From the sequence record NC_027402.1: a DNA stretch of 64,000 nucleotides; one strand, written 5' to 3'. Under the pieces are notes generated by a model. That model had not been told where the DNA came from. It was given only the letters and a program-made list of their open reading frames with translations, and made no database searches. Positions 1-9,767 of the stretch are shown here, piece by piece. The number at the start of each line of letters is the position of its first letter. Position 1 is the stretch's first letter. A program made the translations under genes and the position numbers.

Positions 1-8
1 TTGGATGT

Positions 9-275
9 GTGCTCGTGAAACGTTTAATAAATTTTCTCTACTGGATGGAGAAACGCTATAGCCACAACATTCCGATGATGTACGGTTTGCTATTCTCCAC
101 GGTAATGTTGGTAATCGGTGCGATTGTCGCACATCTGATGGAACTCACGTCCCCATGGGCGCAACTCTTTCTTGCCATCTGGATGTTGTTCTCAGGCTAC
201 CACGTGCGTGGTTTCATGACCCGATTCTTTCGCTGGCGTAGTACCTGGCACGTCTTTAATTCCGACCGTAACTAG
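9..275 (+). CDS. small membrane protein (2 predicted TM helices), hypothetical
   Basis: 88-aa ORF with two hydrophobic stretches (MMYGLLFSTVMLVIGAIVAHL; WAQLFLAIWMLFSGY). Start uncertain because it lies at the window edge. Confidence 0.5.
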   Translation: MLVKRLINFLYWMEKRYSHNIPMMYGLLFSTVMLVIGAIVAHLMELTSPWAQLFLAIWMLFSGYHVRGFMTRFFRWRSTWHVFNSDRN

Positions 276-335
276 TTTTTTACAGCAGTAACTAATCATC
301 TGAAAATACCGTTTACTTTTATAAGGACTATTAAC

Positions 336-1469
336 ATGCAATTTCCAATTTCCGTAATCGAAGATATGGCTCGTGTAGTACGTAACCGTGCCTATGTGCT
401 TAGCTACGAAGGTGTTCGTGCTTATTCAGAAGCTCTGATTGCACAACACGTCACTGGCACCGGTGTTATCAACCCGGATCTTTACAATGCGCTGGTCGAT
501 AACAATGTGGAGGCTTACCTGCCGCTGCCGCACCTGCGTAATAAGTTGTGCCTTTCTTCTCAAACTCTTCAGTTTGATAACCTGCCGCCACTGAAATATT
601 CGCCGGATGACCGTTGGGGAAGTATGCTGGGCGTAGCTTTCCAAAATTGCCACGCGCCTTATAACTGGTCTATTCTCGTTGAAGGTGTTGATGGTGTCTG
701 GTATGCCATTGCACATTCTGACGAATTCTTCTTCGAGCCAGGTGAACTGATTAAACCCGTAAGTGCTCCACATGGTCGTGTTAAGGTTGGGCATTGTTAC
801 ATTGAATTGACTCATGTTCAGTGGACTATCGAAGACTGGCGTGCTGCCTCCGTTATCTTCGGTGACGGTAAACCACACTCAGTCACTTTCGAGCGTTGCG
901 AAGCAGTGCATGTTGAAGAGCCTGACAATGACGAAGTGGGAGATCGCTACGCGCCGCTGGAAGAGTGTCGCAGCATCGCAAACATCGACTGGGTGAAAGT
1001 CTTTACGGCCAACCCCGGTTTCCGTGGTCAGACTATCAACCCCGGCGAAGTAACCTGGGAAGGTTTCGTACAACTCGCAGATAAACTCGGTTATGATGTG
1101 TGGGATTACACCTACAAACGTCCATACCCGAATGCGTCAGAAGATGAAGGCCACGATGAGATCATTCTGGAAAACTTAGTTGATGTCGAAAATGTGTTTA
1201 TTGACGACGAAATCTTTGTTACCCTCGGTATCGAACGTCCAAAATCAACAGCTTATCCGGTATCGGTTGCCAGTGTGATTCAGGAACTGGGCAAAATGCA
1301 GGAGCAGACCGTCGAAGTGAAAATCGACGAAGAGCAAATGCAGATTGTTGCTCAGGTACAGAAAACTCTGAACCTGGATAAACTGTACGCGGAAATCCGC
1401 AAGCTGCCGAAAAAGAAACGTACTGCTGCCACAATCAAAGCAATGGTCCGCGACATCGTCGGTAAATAA
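336..1469 (+). CDS. hypothetical protein (377 aa)
   Basis: Long ORF with RBS AAGGA upstream, followed by a terminator. No recognisable motif. Confidence 0.75.
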   Translation: MQFPISVIEDMARVVRNRAYVLSYEGVRAYSEALIAQHVTGTGVINPDLYNALVDNNVEAYLPLPHLRNKLCLSSQTLQFDNLPPLKYSPDDRWGSMLGVAFQNCHAPYNWSILVEGVDGVWYAIAHSDEFFFEPGELIKPVSAPHGRVKVGHCYIELTHVQWTIEDWRAASVIFGDGKPHSVTFERCEAVHVEEPDNDEVGDRYAPLEECRSIANIDWVKVFTANPGFRGQTINPGEVTWEGFVQLADKLGYDVWDYTYKRPYPNASEDEGHDEIILENLVDVENVFIDDEIFVTLGIERPKSTAYPVSVASVIQELGKMQEQTVEVKIDEEQMQIVAQVQKTLNLDKLYAEIRKLPKKKRTAATIKAMVRDIVGK

Positions 1470-1475
1470 TGCGAT

Positions 1476-1524
1476 AAAAAATAAAAGCCTACCTACTCCC
1501 AAGGGAGTAGGTAGTTCTTTTTTT
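1476..1524. terminator. bidirectional intrinsic terminator
   Basis: Stem CTACCTACTCC/GGAGTAGGTAG (1489-1514) flanked by an A-run and a T-run, between convergent genes. Confidence 0.85.
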
Positions 1525-1526
1525 CT

Positions 1527-2150
1527 TTAATTTGTTAACCCGTTATCTTTCAGGATTTTCAACATCGCATCATTCAACGCCTGCAGTTCTTGATTCTGCT
1601 TAGTGAGTGTTGCAACTTGTTCTGTCAGAGGAACCTGCTCACGGATTTTGGCTTTACGCACCGCTTCCATTTGCAAGTGTTCTTCTTCCGTCACCGTTCC
1701 TTCGTAATCCATCGATGTGATGTCCACACGTGCATCGATTCCTAAACCGCGTTCTAAAATGCTTTTCAGGTCGTTCGTTAGCAGTGTGACGTCGACGTAT
1801 TCGGGTATTAATGCCAGGTCAATAACCACAACATTGCGTCTATAATTTAACCCGTTCAGTCCGGGATACGTCTCAATGTACGTATCAGGCAACTCGTAGA
1901 CTTGACCGTCCCTCGACTTTAATGTTACAATCGAAGCTTCGACATTAGCGTCGCTGATATAGTCGTCACGAGTTAGGCCGACGGGTTTATAATACTTGCT
2001 ATAAACGTCAATATTATTACGTTGGAGCTTCGGAAAGTTCTGTACCGCGTCAACACGGTAAATCACTTTATCTGGCAACGTATAAGGTGCCTTAACCTTG
2101 AACAACCCCTCAAGGTTAACCTGAGGCGTATTAGGCAACAGTTGTGCCAT
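1527..2150 (-). CDS. conserved jumbo-phage protein, probably virion-associated (207 aa)
   Basis: ORF co-oriented with the 459-aa gene upstream; C-terminal coiled coil. Virion role inferred from context and recalled phiKZ-like synteny. Confidence 0.55.
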   Translation of the reverse strand: MAQLLPNTPQVNLEGLFKVKAPYTLPDKVIYRVDAVQNFPKLQRNNIDVYSKYYKPVGLTRDDYISDANVEASIVTLKSRDGQVYELPDTYIETYPGLNGLNYRRNVVVIDLALIPEYVDVTLLTNDLKSILERGLGIDARVDITSMDYEGTVTEEEHLQMEAVRKAKIREQVPLTEQVATLTKQNQELQALNDAMLKILKDNGLTN

Positions 2151-2160
2151 TTAACCCTCC

Positions 2161-3540
2161 TTAGGCTTCTGGCTCTACCGCAGGGACATCCCAAACAGCT
2201 TTGCGGGCCAAGACACGATACTCCACGTTATCGAATTCGAAGACGTAGAAGTAAACATTAGGATCAACGTCGTCTACGAGCTTCACGATATCCAGCGGGG
2301 TGGAATGTGGGTGATACTCTTCCGCTGCGATTAACGCCTGGAAGAACAGGTCCAGCCACTCGGTGGTTTTCTTCGACATTCTCGCAATATCTGCATTGTT
2401 AGTGCCGATTAATGCGTAGTCGGGAATCGTATCGTGCAAGGTCGTTTTGCGTGAATCGTTTTCAGGGCCTGCGATAACTACAGCGTTTAGTGATTTATAG
2501 ATGGACGGTAAATCCGTTACATCGGTAGTTGGAGTTGAGATTGCTCCACTATTTTTTTCCGTAATGGTTTGAACAGTCCACTCCCCAAATCGGGAGATTG
2601 CTTTGACCCAGAAATCATATGGGAGAATCGGCGAGTATAATGCCGCAACATCTTCCTCATTTGGAATCCCACGAATTGACCAACCGGGAACAATTGTGAA
2701 CTTGGTGGTCGTAAAGATTTCTGGGAACACCTTGACACCCAACGCCACAGTAAAACTGGAGTTTGCCAAAATGTAATCACGTAACGCTTGTTTAATCCTG
2801 CTCGGGTTACGACCTGCGCGGCCGTAGATGATAACCGACATCGGTATCGGTAAGGTGGAATCAAAGTCTTCCTGGTCGTGCCAAGTATAGATGTTAGTAA
2901 TCAGGCTAGTGTACGGATAACCGTCAGCTAATTCGTTAATCTTATTATGGTGATCCGGAAGGTTGAACCCTTCCATTGCCTTTTCGACTACAGATTTCAC
3001 AGCCAAGAAAGTATCAACCGGTAATATCGGCATTTGGACTTCAATTTCAAATCCGGTATAGTCCTGATTGAAATCTTCATCAGCAAACCAGAGAATAATC
3101 TGGTTATTCACATCAGATGGGTCTTCGACTTTATCTGCTGTGGTTTCAAGTTTCCAACTGACCCAACGTGGGAACCAGTTACTGTTAGTCTGAATCATCG
3201 CGCCAGACTGAACACCGCTGATGACACTATTAAATTGCCCCAACAGCAAACGCTGGAATTCAACTTCGTCGTTTCTTAAGTTGCCCAGGATAGACTGTTG
3301 GTAGATCCATTGGGAAACAGTAAGAACGTGGTCGCTAAAGACGGCCGGGGTCTTAATAGGCAACTCGTCACGTTTAGAAGTAAAAGCAACCAGTTCCACC
3401 TGCAGATTTTCTTTAGTAAAATACTGCTTGCTTTTAGCGAACGAATATGACAGCTCAGACAACTCACCTACCGGAGCGGTGTTGCCAGGGCCATTATCAA
3501 TCAGAGCCGCTATTTGAATAAAGCCTTGTAAATCATACAT
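2161..3540 (-). CDS. probable virion structural protein (459 aa), phiKZ-like
   Basis: Long ORF with RBS GGAGAG. Family assignment is from recollection of phiKZ-like virion proteins and is not verified. Confidence 0.6.
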   Translation of the reverse strand: MYDLQGFIQIAALIDNGPGNTAPVGELSELSYSFAKSKQYFTKENLQVELVAFTSKRDELPIKTPAVFSDHVLTVSQWIYQQSILGNLRNDEVEFQRLLLGQFNSVISGVQSGAMIQTNSNWFPRWVSWKLETTADKVEDPSDVNNQIILWFADEDFNQDYTGFEIEVQMPILPVDTFLAVKSVVEKAMEGFNLPDHHNKINELADGYPYTSLITNIYTWHDQEDFDSTLPIPMSVIIYGRAGRNPSRIKQALRDYILANSSFTVALGVKVFPEIFTTTKFTIVPGWSIRGIPNEEDVAALYSPILPYDFWVKAISRFGEWTVQTITEKNSGAISTPTTDVTDLPSIYKSLNAVVIAGPENDSRKTTLHDTIPDYALIGTNNADIARMSKKTTEWLDLFFQALIAAEEYHPHSTPLDIVKLVDDVDPNVYFYVFEFDNVEYRVLARKAVWDVPAVEPEA

Positions 3541-3564
3541 AATTAAAAACTCTCCGAGGTGAGC

Positions 3565-4074
3565 ATGATAGCATCAGTTTTCAAACTGCTTCCATTCTTA
3601 CAGATGCTGTGGGAAGCATTTAAACCGGGCGAGGGGGAGAAAGTAACACGAGCCGGGAAAATAGTGACACTAGTGATAGTGGCACTGATCGCGTTCTCTG
3701 CATTTGTCTCATATGCCTATATTGTTCAATACCACACACTGGTTAGCGTTCAATCGCGTACTCAGTATCTGGAGATATCCTATAAGGAGCTAAAAGAGAA
3801 GTCCGATCACGGCGAAGTGGAGAACAATAAGTTGTACGATCGTCTCTTCACGTGCCTGGGTTCTCGACCGCCATATGATGGTACCAAATCTCCAACAGGA
3901 ACAGGCACTGGGGCCGCGGTTCCGCCTGTAGAACCCAAGCCGGTAACACCGCCGGCACCGTTAAATCCGTCTAGCCCACCTGCCAAGAAACACCAGGCCG
4001 CTTCTCGCCCGGTAGGGTCGCAGGAGGCAAATGATTTCCGACAGGAGATTATCAGTACGCTTAATAATCCATGA
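3565..4074 (+). CDS. bitopic inner-membrane protein, candidate i-spanin (Rz-like)
   Basis: Single TM (IVTLVIVALIAFSAFVSYAYIV), then a heptad helical segment, one Cys and a Pro-rich tail. ATG 3565 follows RBS GAGGTG; the track start at GTG 3559 overlaps that RBS. Confidence 0.45.
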   Translation: MIASVFKLLPFLQMLWEAFKPGEGEKVTRAGKIVTLVIVALIAFSAFVSYAYIVQYHTLVSVQSRTQYLEISYKELKEKSDHGEVENNKLYDRLFTCLGSRPPYDGTKSPTGTGTGAAVPPVEPKPVTPPAPLNPSSPPAKKHQAASRPVGSQEANDFRQEIISTLNNP

Positions 4075-4083
4075 GGAGCATAC

Positions 4084-4563
4084 ATGAAGTTATTTTTGGC
4101 GGCGATATTGGTGCTATTGTTGACAGGATGCCCTGGGGTCATCCGTCACGTAGACCCAGATTACTCCTCAACCGGAGATTGGCCTTTTCGTCCTTTAGAA
4201 CACCCACCAGTTTATGTCGGTGGGAACAGTCCTGAGGCGAAAAAGCTGGCAGGGAAAATGTTTGTTGCGGATGTGAACGCTTATGCTTATTACGTTTATC
4301 TGTACGCTAAGTCGTTGAACAATTACGCAGAAGCTAAGGGGTGGCGCACCCCGATGGCCGCACCGCTTTGTGAAGAGTTTATTCGCCCCACTCTTCATGA
4401 TATACCCACTGGGATATATCTCGACCCTGGTTCTCGTAGCCCTCAAGACATTAGTCGTGATTTGTCACGACAGATTAAGTCTCTCATTCGCGGCTATCGC
4501 GAAGACAGAGAGTCTTTTAATCGTGCCTACGAACGGCACAGAAGTAGTTGCCTTGTGCAATGA
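4084..4563 (+). CDS. lipoprotein, candidate o-spanin (Rz1-like)
   Basis: Signal peptide MKLFLAAILVLLLTG-C with lipobox LTGC; residue +2 is Pro, not Asp, so outer-membrane sorting is expected. RBS GAGGAG. Confidence 0.6.
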   Translation: MKLFLAAILVLLLTGCPGVIRHVDPDYSSTGDWPFRPLEHPPVYVGGNSPEAKKLAGKMFVADVNAYAYYVYLYAKSLNNYAEAKGWRTPMAAPLCEEFIRPTLHDIPTGIYLDPGSRSPQDISRDLSRQIKSLIRGYREDRESFNRAYERHRSSCLVQ

Positions 4564-4567
4564 AAAC

Positions 4568-4604
4568 TCCCTCTTACCTTCGGGTAAGAGGGATTTCCTT
4601 TTTT
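4568..4604 (+). terminator. intrinsic terminator
   Basis: Stem TCCCTCTTACC-TTCG-GGTAAGAGGGA followed by a T-rich tract. Confidence 0.85.
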
Positions 4605-4650
4605 ACGTTAGTAGTTAATAGTGTGATATATAATCTCGTGGAGAGTTGAA

Positions 4651-5370
4651 ATGACCTATCCTAAAATTCTGCCTGTTTTAACACCAACCGTGGTTGTTGG
4701 TACAGACTTAGAGACCCTGGCTTTACGTCCAGATGCCTACATCTTAACGTTGGCAAACGTGGCATTCGATGTTCCGACAATGAAAATGATCGGTTCATGT
4801 TACCACAAAATCGACCCCAATGATGCAAAGGCAAAAGAAATCTTCTACATCGACCCACAAACGGTCGGCTATTGGGAAGGTAAAGGCGACCCCGAATACG
4901 CACCGAGCGAGAAAGCACGTATTGAAGCGTTTTCTGGGACCACTCCACTGCCAGAGGCACTGTGGGCGGCCAAAAAATGGTTGGATGATCTGGGCAACGT
5001 GAAAATGGTTATCACCATGCGCGGTCCCGATTTTGATGCTCCAATTCTGATGAACGCGTTCGCGCAGTGCGATATCCCGCCGGGCAAGTACCGCAAGTTT
5101 TCTATATTGGACTCTGACCGGACCGCAGAACGTATTGCATATGCGTTTGGCCTGGAACCGAACTGGCACGCAGAAGCGCACCACTGGACCCGTGGCAAAG
5201 AAGCGTACGAGCATAACGCTAACTTTGATGCTGCGAAGGAAGCGTATTCTACGGCACGCATCTATCATTTGGCCCTGGTCGCACGTACGTACGGCTTCGA
5301 ACGCATGTTAGAAGCCCACCGCGAAATGTGCACAGGTGAATACATTCCACCGCAGTTGCGAGGAGAATAA
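4651..5370 (+). CDS. DEDD-family 3'-5' exonuclease
   Basis: ExoI-like TDLETL, ExoII-like RGPDFDAPIL and ExoIII-like HNANFDA motifs. Confidence 0.75.
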   Translation: MTYPKILPVLTPTVVVGTDLETLALRPDAYILTLANVAFDVPTMKMIGSCYHKIDPNDAKAKEIFYIDPQTVGYWEGKGDPEYAPSEKARIEAFSGTTPLPEALWAAKKWLDDLGNVKMVITMRGPDFDAPILMNAFAQCDIPPGKYRKFSILDSDRTAERIAYAFGLEPNWHAEAHHWTRGKEAYEHNANFDAAKEAYSTARIYHLALVARTYGFERMLEAHREMCTGEYIPPQLRGE

Positions 5371-6884
5371 TGAAAGACGTCGACGTAGCGGTTATTTATA
5401 CCGATGGTAGTCATACTGAGTCCCCGAAAGGTTCGGGGGCTGGTATTCATGGTTATTTATTCAACAACGGAGATTTGGAAGACAGTCAGGCTTATAGCCA
5501 TCCGGGTGTTTCAGAACGGATTACCACTGTTGGATACAAAAAAGTGCCGCAGGATGTGAAGTGTCCGGAGTTGCCGGACACCGTTCAATTTGTCGACGCC
5601 GTTATTCCCGTTCCGAAAGAGTTCTACTCAGATGTGGGCGAGTTAATCGCCTTCATCACGTTGTTTGAGAACGCGCCATTCCGTGCGAAGAACTATATCA
5701 TCTACGTGGATGCCAGTTACGTTGTAAACACTTTTAACGAGTGGATAGACGGCTGGCATAAACGTGGTTGGGTTCGTGCTGATGGTACTCCGCTGGCGAA
5801 CAAAGAACTTATTGTTCGTATCTGGGAAATCAAACAGCAGATGAAAAAAGAAGGACGGGGTGTTAAGGTTATCAAAATCAAAGGACACTCCGGCCACTAC
5901 GGTAACGACCGGGCGGACGAATTGGCTAGAAAAGGTTCAGCTATCACAGCGACCAACGACGGCGTTCCATATCAGCCGTACTGGTCGAAGGATGAGTTGC
6001 CTGCATCCGCGGAACCCGAGCCCATCGCCGCTGGGATGAACCTTGCGGCATATCCGCCGATTTGTACGGTTAAATATTGCTATCCGTTGGTGAACGAGGA
6101 CCATCCTACTGTAAAAGTGAAAGATGAAACTTTCTATTACATGTTTGGTGGTAACCATGCAAAGAACAAGGACGACTTGGTGTTTATTGGGAAAATGATT
6201 CCTGATGCACACTTTTCCGTAATGTTCACTAAACAACCGTGGGATAACATCTACACGATTGTAAATACCCACGCCGCCCTGGCATGGAAAGATACACCGA
6301 AGATGCGGCAGTATGATCCAATCGGTGTTGTTAACAATGAGTTCGTTAAACGTAAGAAGTTCGTTGATGTGGCAGGTGATGGATTACCGGCAGACAAGAT
6401 GCATTTCAGTGGAGAAGATTCCAATGTCTGGTTCTTTGAAGACCTGGCCATCTCCAGAATGCTTCGCCCGCCCTTATTGTCGTATCGTGCGCTGGATATT
6501 CGTGACGAACTCGCTACAACGTTGAGAGATGTTCTGCATCAGGAAAAGGGTTATGTCTTAAACGACATTACCGACTTGCTATTCGACGACAAAGGTAAAC
6601 CTGTCAAGGAATACTACCGTAGCGTCGATAAGTCAATAACGTTAAAGATTGACTTTCCGATGGGTAAACGACCTGTCTCGGTTATTTTGACTCGCGGCAT
6701 CGATATTCCATCGCGTACGGAAATCAACCGTATTAAAGAACCGGAAGGCCGTTATTACATCGCGGTGTGTCGTCCTGAAAAATACTACATCCGTTACTTC
6801 TTAATCTATATCGGTAAAGAGTATCATGGGTTGTGGTGTGCGTATTACGCAAACCGTCGCATACTGCGAGAAGAAGAGGTGTAA
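5370..6884 (+). CDS. rnhA: ribonuclease HI with long C-terminal extension (phiKZ gp155-like)
   Basis: Catalytic motifs IYTDGS, GELIA, YVDASYV, W-x-x-R-G-W, N-K-E-L and KGHSGHYGNDRADELARKG; about 290 extra C-terminal residues. Confidence 0.92.
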   Translation: MKDVDVAVIYTDGSHTESPKGSGAGIHGYLFNNGDLEDSQAYSHPGVSERITTVGYKKVPQDVKCPELPDTVQFVDAVIPVPKEFYSDVGELIAFITLFENAPFRAKNYIIYVDASYVVNTFNEWIDGWHKRGWVRADGTPLANKELIVRIWEIKQQMKKEGRGVKVIKIKGHSGHYGNDRADELARKGSAITATNDGVPYQPYWSKDELPASAEPEPIAAGMNLAAYPPICTVKYCYPLVNEDHPTVKVKDETFYYMFGGNHAKNKDDLVFIGKMIPDAHFSVMFTKQPWDNIYTIVNTHAALAWKDTPKMRQYDPIGVVNNEFVKRKKFVDVAGDGLPADKMHFSGEDSNVWFFEDLAISRMLRPPLLSYRALDIRDELATTLRDVLHQEKGYVLNDITDLLFDDKGKPVKEYYRSVDKSITLKIDFPMGKRPVSVILTRGIDIPSRTEINRIKEPEGRYYIAVCRPEKYYIRYFLIYIGKEYHGLWCAYYANRRILREEEV

Positions 6885-6885
6885 C

Positions 6886-7626
6886 ATGTTGCGAGTCGTG
6901 AGTGAATCGCTCACGCTCCACACACAAAGTCTGATTAACTGTGTGGAGCAATACGGATGGATGTCGTGGATGGCAACGAACCGTGAGTTCGGTGCTGCGC
7001 CCATGGAAGATTACGACGTGTTGTACAAGTGGGGATTTGAAGCGGCTTGTGATGTTGTGGCAGAGCTGGTTACCGAAACAATTGCGCGTTACAATGCAAG
7101 ATGTGATGAACCGATGCCTAAACAAGTCCCGCCGCAAATACCTCCCCTACCGACAATCGATCGTGAGCAGTGTCGAATCTGGACAATGGAAGAGTTGTAC
7201 GACGAACACGTTAGAATGCTGAAACCGAACGAGCTAATAACCGGTGCGTTGAACTGGTTCTTACATCGTTTCTGGACAGAGTTGGTCGATGTGGCGGGTG
7301 ACGAAGATAATTGTTCTCAGGTTATTTGGTACGATCGAGCGATGTTTCATCGCAGTCTTAAAGATCGCAGTCTCTGCAACCTGTATATTGTTGACCCGTG
7401 TGTAGACATTGTAAGGGTAGCAGAAGGTAACTCTTATTCGGACTTAGTGATGCCCGTGGTAGAAAAACCGATGGGTATTTTCCTGCAAGGGGACGCTTGG
7501 GTTTTAACGGATGATATCTCGGGCTACCTGCTGGACCCGGACGACATTCACTCGGACGAACCTGATACCATCGAGTATTTTCACTTTACAGAACAGGCAG
7601 CACGCTTCTTGCATCTCTTAAAGTAA
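6886..7626 (+). CDS. hypothetical acidic protein (246 aa), member of a putative tandem paralog cluster
   Basis: ATG 6886 immediately follows the rnhA stop and RBS GAGGT. N-terminus MLRVVSESL. Confidence 0.7.
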   Translation: MLRVVSESLTLHTQSLINCVEQYGWMSWMATNREFGAAPMEDYDVLYKWGFEAACDVVAELVTETIARYNARCDEPMPKQVPPQIPPLPTIDREQCRIWTMEELYDEHVRMLKPNELITGALNWFLHRFWTELVDVAGDEDNCSQVIWYDRAMFHRSLKDRSLCNLYIVDPCVDIVRVAEGNSYSDLVMPVVEKPMGIFLQGDAWVLTDDISGYLLDPDDIHSDEPDTIEYFHFTEQAARFLHLLK

Positions 7627-7647
7627 TCTGAGATAGATATTATCTAC
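7626..7647 (+). promoter_or_regulatory. putative early (virion-RNAP) promoter
   Basis: ATCTGAGATAGATATTATCTAC in an intergenic gap; shares its core with the motifs at 15178 and 46853 and resembles the phiKZ early consensus TATATTAC. Confidence 0.6.
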
Positions 7648-7679
7648 AGGGACGTAACCTTAAGGAGAATTTATTCACG

Positions 7680-8414
7680 ATGCTTAAAGTCGAAGTGCCA
7701 GTGCTTTTAAACCTCACGCCCCAGTTCTTTGAAGCGTTGTTCGAAAAGCATTGGCCCGCGTTCGCGAAGAACGAACTAAAGGATAACCCACAGTGGTATC
7801 CTCTGCGCGATGAATTCAAGTATACAGCCATCAACGTCTGTATAGAAGTCTTCACTGCATGGTTACAAGAGATGTACGACTGCATCAACACCGAACGGTT
7901 GTTCACGCTAGAACATGTAGAGATTAATGTTGTTGACGTCTACGAAGGTTACTCCTACGAAGAAGGCATTACTGCCACGGGGTTAAGCCAGCAAGACGTT
8001 GAAGAACAAATCTTTGCGTGGATCGAGTGGTTCACGGAAAAGTTGATGCTGGCTGATTTTGTCACGCAAGTGGAGGACGTATTCATCCCAATGTACGAGC
8101 GGTTAGCTGAGATACGTCGTAACCATCGACTGCTCGGTTACTGGTATGACACTTATACCACCTCCTCAACACTGTGGTCTTCCGCTACTGCCGCATTTGG
8201 CATAACTGATGGCGATTACGATGTCGTTCATTCCGGCCCTTGGCAGTATGGTTTCGGCACCCTGTGGCACGAGCTGACCGATGCCATGTGTCTGGACTTT
8301 TATCTGTGTGAAGGTAAGTTTTACACGGATAACTGCGTGAGCCAAATTCCGAATGGTGCGATGGTGGTGATGTGTCGCATCCGTAAAGAAGTCTCTGAGA
8401 AACTAAACTACTGA
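7680..8414 (+). CDS. hypothetical acidic protein (244 aa)
   Basis: RBS AAGGAG; N-terminus MLKVEVPVLL; weak similarity to the 6886 ORF. Confidence 0.75.
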   Translation: MLKVEVPVLLNLTPQFFEALFEKHWPAFAKNELKDNPQWYPLRDEFKYTAINVCIEVFTAWLQEMYDCINTERLFTLEHVEINVVDVYEGYSYEEGITATGLSQQDVEEQIFAWIEWFTEKLMLADFVTQVEDVFIPMYERLAEIRRNHRLLGYWYDTYTTSSTLWSSATAAFGITDGDYDVVHSGPWQYGFGTLWHELTDAMCLDFYLCEGKFYTDNCVSQIPNGAMVVMCRIRKEVSEKLNY

Positions 8415-8427
8415 AGGAGTATTTAAA

Positions 8428-8799
8428 ATGACGCAAGACGAATTTGAAACGATGGTAAAACAATACTTTAAAGAAGGGACTATTCTGTACATAGTCGCAC
8501 CCGAGAGCGAAAACTGGTTGACGTTATCGTCGCGGGTAACCACCCTACGCGGCCCAGTTTCTCAAGAAATAAGACAGATGGCTCGTATAGTTCGAGATAC
8601 CGCCATCCAGGGCGGTAAAGTCGTCAGCTTCTCCCACCTCTTTCCGATCGGCCACTCTAACTTAGAAACCGAAGTTGATGTGGTTGCAACCGTCGGTTTC
8701 GATTTAGACGGCTCCCCAGGCACTAGCCTTGTTGCCATTAAGAAATGGCGTGGATACGATGCGATTCCATCGCCGGGGGTTTGGCCAGCTACCAGCTAA
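8428..8799 (+). CDS. hypothetical protein (123 aa)
   Basis: RBS AAGGAG; tight operon packing. Confidence 0.7.
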   Translation: MTQDEFETMVKQYFKEGTILYIVAPESENWLTLSSRVTTLRGPVSQEIRQMARIVRDTAIQGGKVVSFSHLFPIGHSNLETEVDVVATVGFDLDGSPGTSLVAIKKWRGYDAIPSPGVWPATS

Positions 8800-8809
8800 T
8801 GGGGGCGGT

Positions 8810-9217
8810 ATGTTAAAGGTGTATAGCGAGTCATTGATGGACTTGCAAGAGTATCTAAAGCATGTGGAAATTAACGGCAACCGTGGAATGATATACTCCA
8901 TGGTTGTCGAGATTTTAATTAAAATCGTGCTTGTTTCATTCCACGCGGCAGAAAATGGCACTGCTGTACCAGGAGATGTTTATAAAGGCGTTATTAAGCA
9001 TCTTAGCGACCGCTACAGTTGTTTACGTGAACCGGATATCTTTAATGAGGTGCAGCGTGTTGTGTTGCTTATCCTCGACAACCGTGAAGATTTGGCGTAC
9101 AAGCTTGCGCATGAACTGGCAGACACGTCACAGCACGGCGGACAACTGAAGTATAACGTTGTGGATCTCGTAGCGTGCAGATACTGGTATACGCAGCCCG
9201 AGGTAAGTAACTTCTAA
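8810..9217 (+). CDS. hypothetical protein (135 aa)
   Basis: ATG 8810 after GGGGGCGG; N-terminus MLKVYSESL, near-identical to that of the 6886 ORF. Confidence 0.65.
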   Translation: MLKVYSESLMDLQEYLKHVEINGNRGMIYSMVVEILIKIVLVSFHAAENGTAVPGDVYKGVIKHLSDRYSCLREPDIFNEVQRVVLLILDNREDLAYKLAHELADTSQHGGQLKYNVVDLVACRYWYTQPEVSNF

Positions 9218-9227
9218 GGAGTATTAG

Positions 9228-9767
9228 ATGCAAATCGTAATAGACTTCGCTCTGTCGGAGTCGAGACGTCAGTTAGATGAAATTCTGTTAGGATTAAAAC
9301 GTGACGTGGAATTTGAACTTCACGACGCGTTGACCGTCCACGAAAATCGTTTGTCTGACGAAATAGGTTCGGGTGTAGATGTGGCTATCTGCGACACTGG
9401 GGATATGGTAAATCAGCTTATTGAACGTATGTTCACTCGGCTGCGTAACATTCTGAACTATCCCCATCGTTTTGAACTGGTAGAAGGGACGGACCAAATT
9501 ACCGACTTATTGAGTGAAGCCTTTGATAAGGTCGGTGAGTCTCTGGCGGGGTTACATCAAGAGAACCTGGGCGAGACATACGTTGCTGTGGTCATTAACG
9601 GGCAATCATCGAACGTTACGGACACGGTAACATGGTCTGATATCGTTGACCAGCCAATCATTGACAAAATCACCAAGCTGTATCGTGAGGCGGAAATGAA
9701 GGTGCTGGCTATCTGTCGTCGTGAACTACTGTATCTCGGCGAGAAATATGGGAAACCTGTTGAATGA
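9228..9767 (+). CDS. hypothetical helical protein (179 aa)
   Basis: RBS AAGGAG; ATGA-type overlap with the next gene. Confidence 0.7.
   Translation: MQIVIDFALSESRRQLDEILLGLKRDVEFELHDALTVHENRLSDEIGSGVDVAICDTGDMVNQLIERMFTRLRNILNYPHRFELVEGTDQITDLLSEAFDKVGESLAGLHQENLGETYVAVVINGQSSNVTDTVTWSDIVDQPIIDKITKLYREAEMKVLAICRRELLYLGEKYGKPVE

Noticed and set aside
3807-4142. Possible embedded Rz1-like gene in the candidate i-spanin
   Set aside because: It is antisense and has no lipobox; the lipoprotein is the separate downstream gene.
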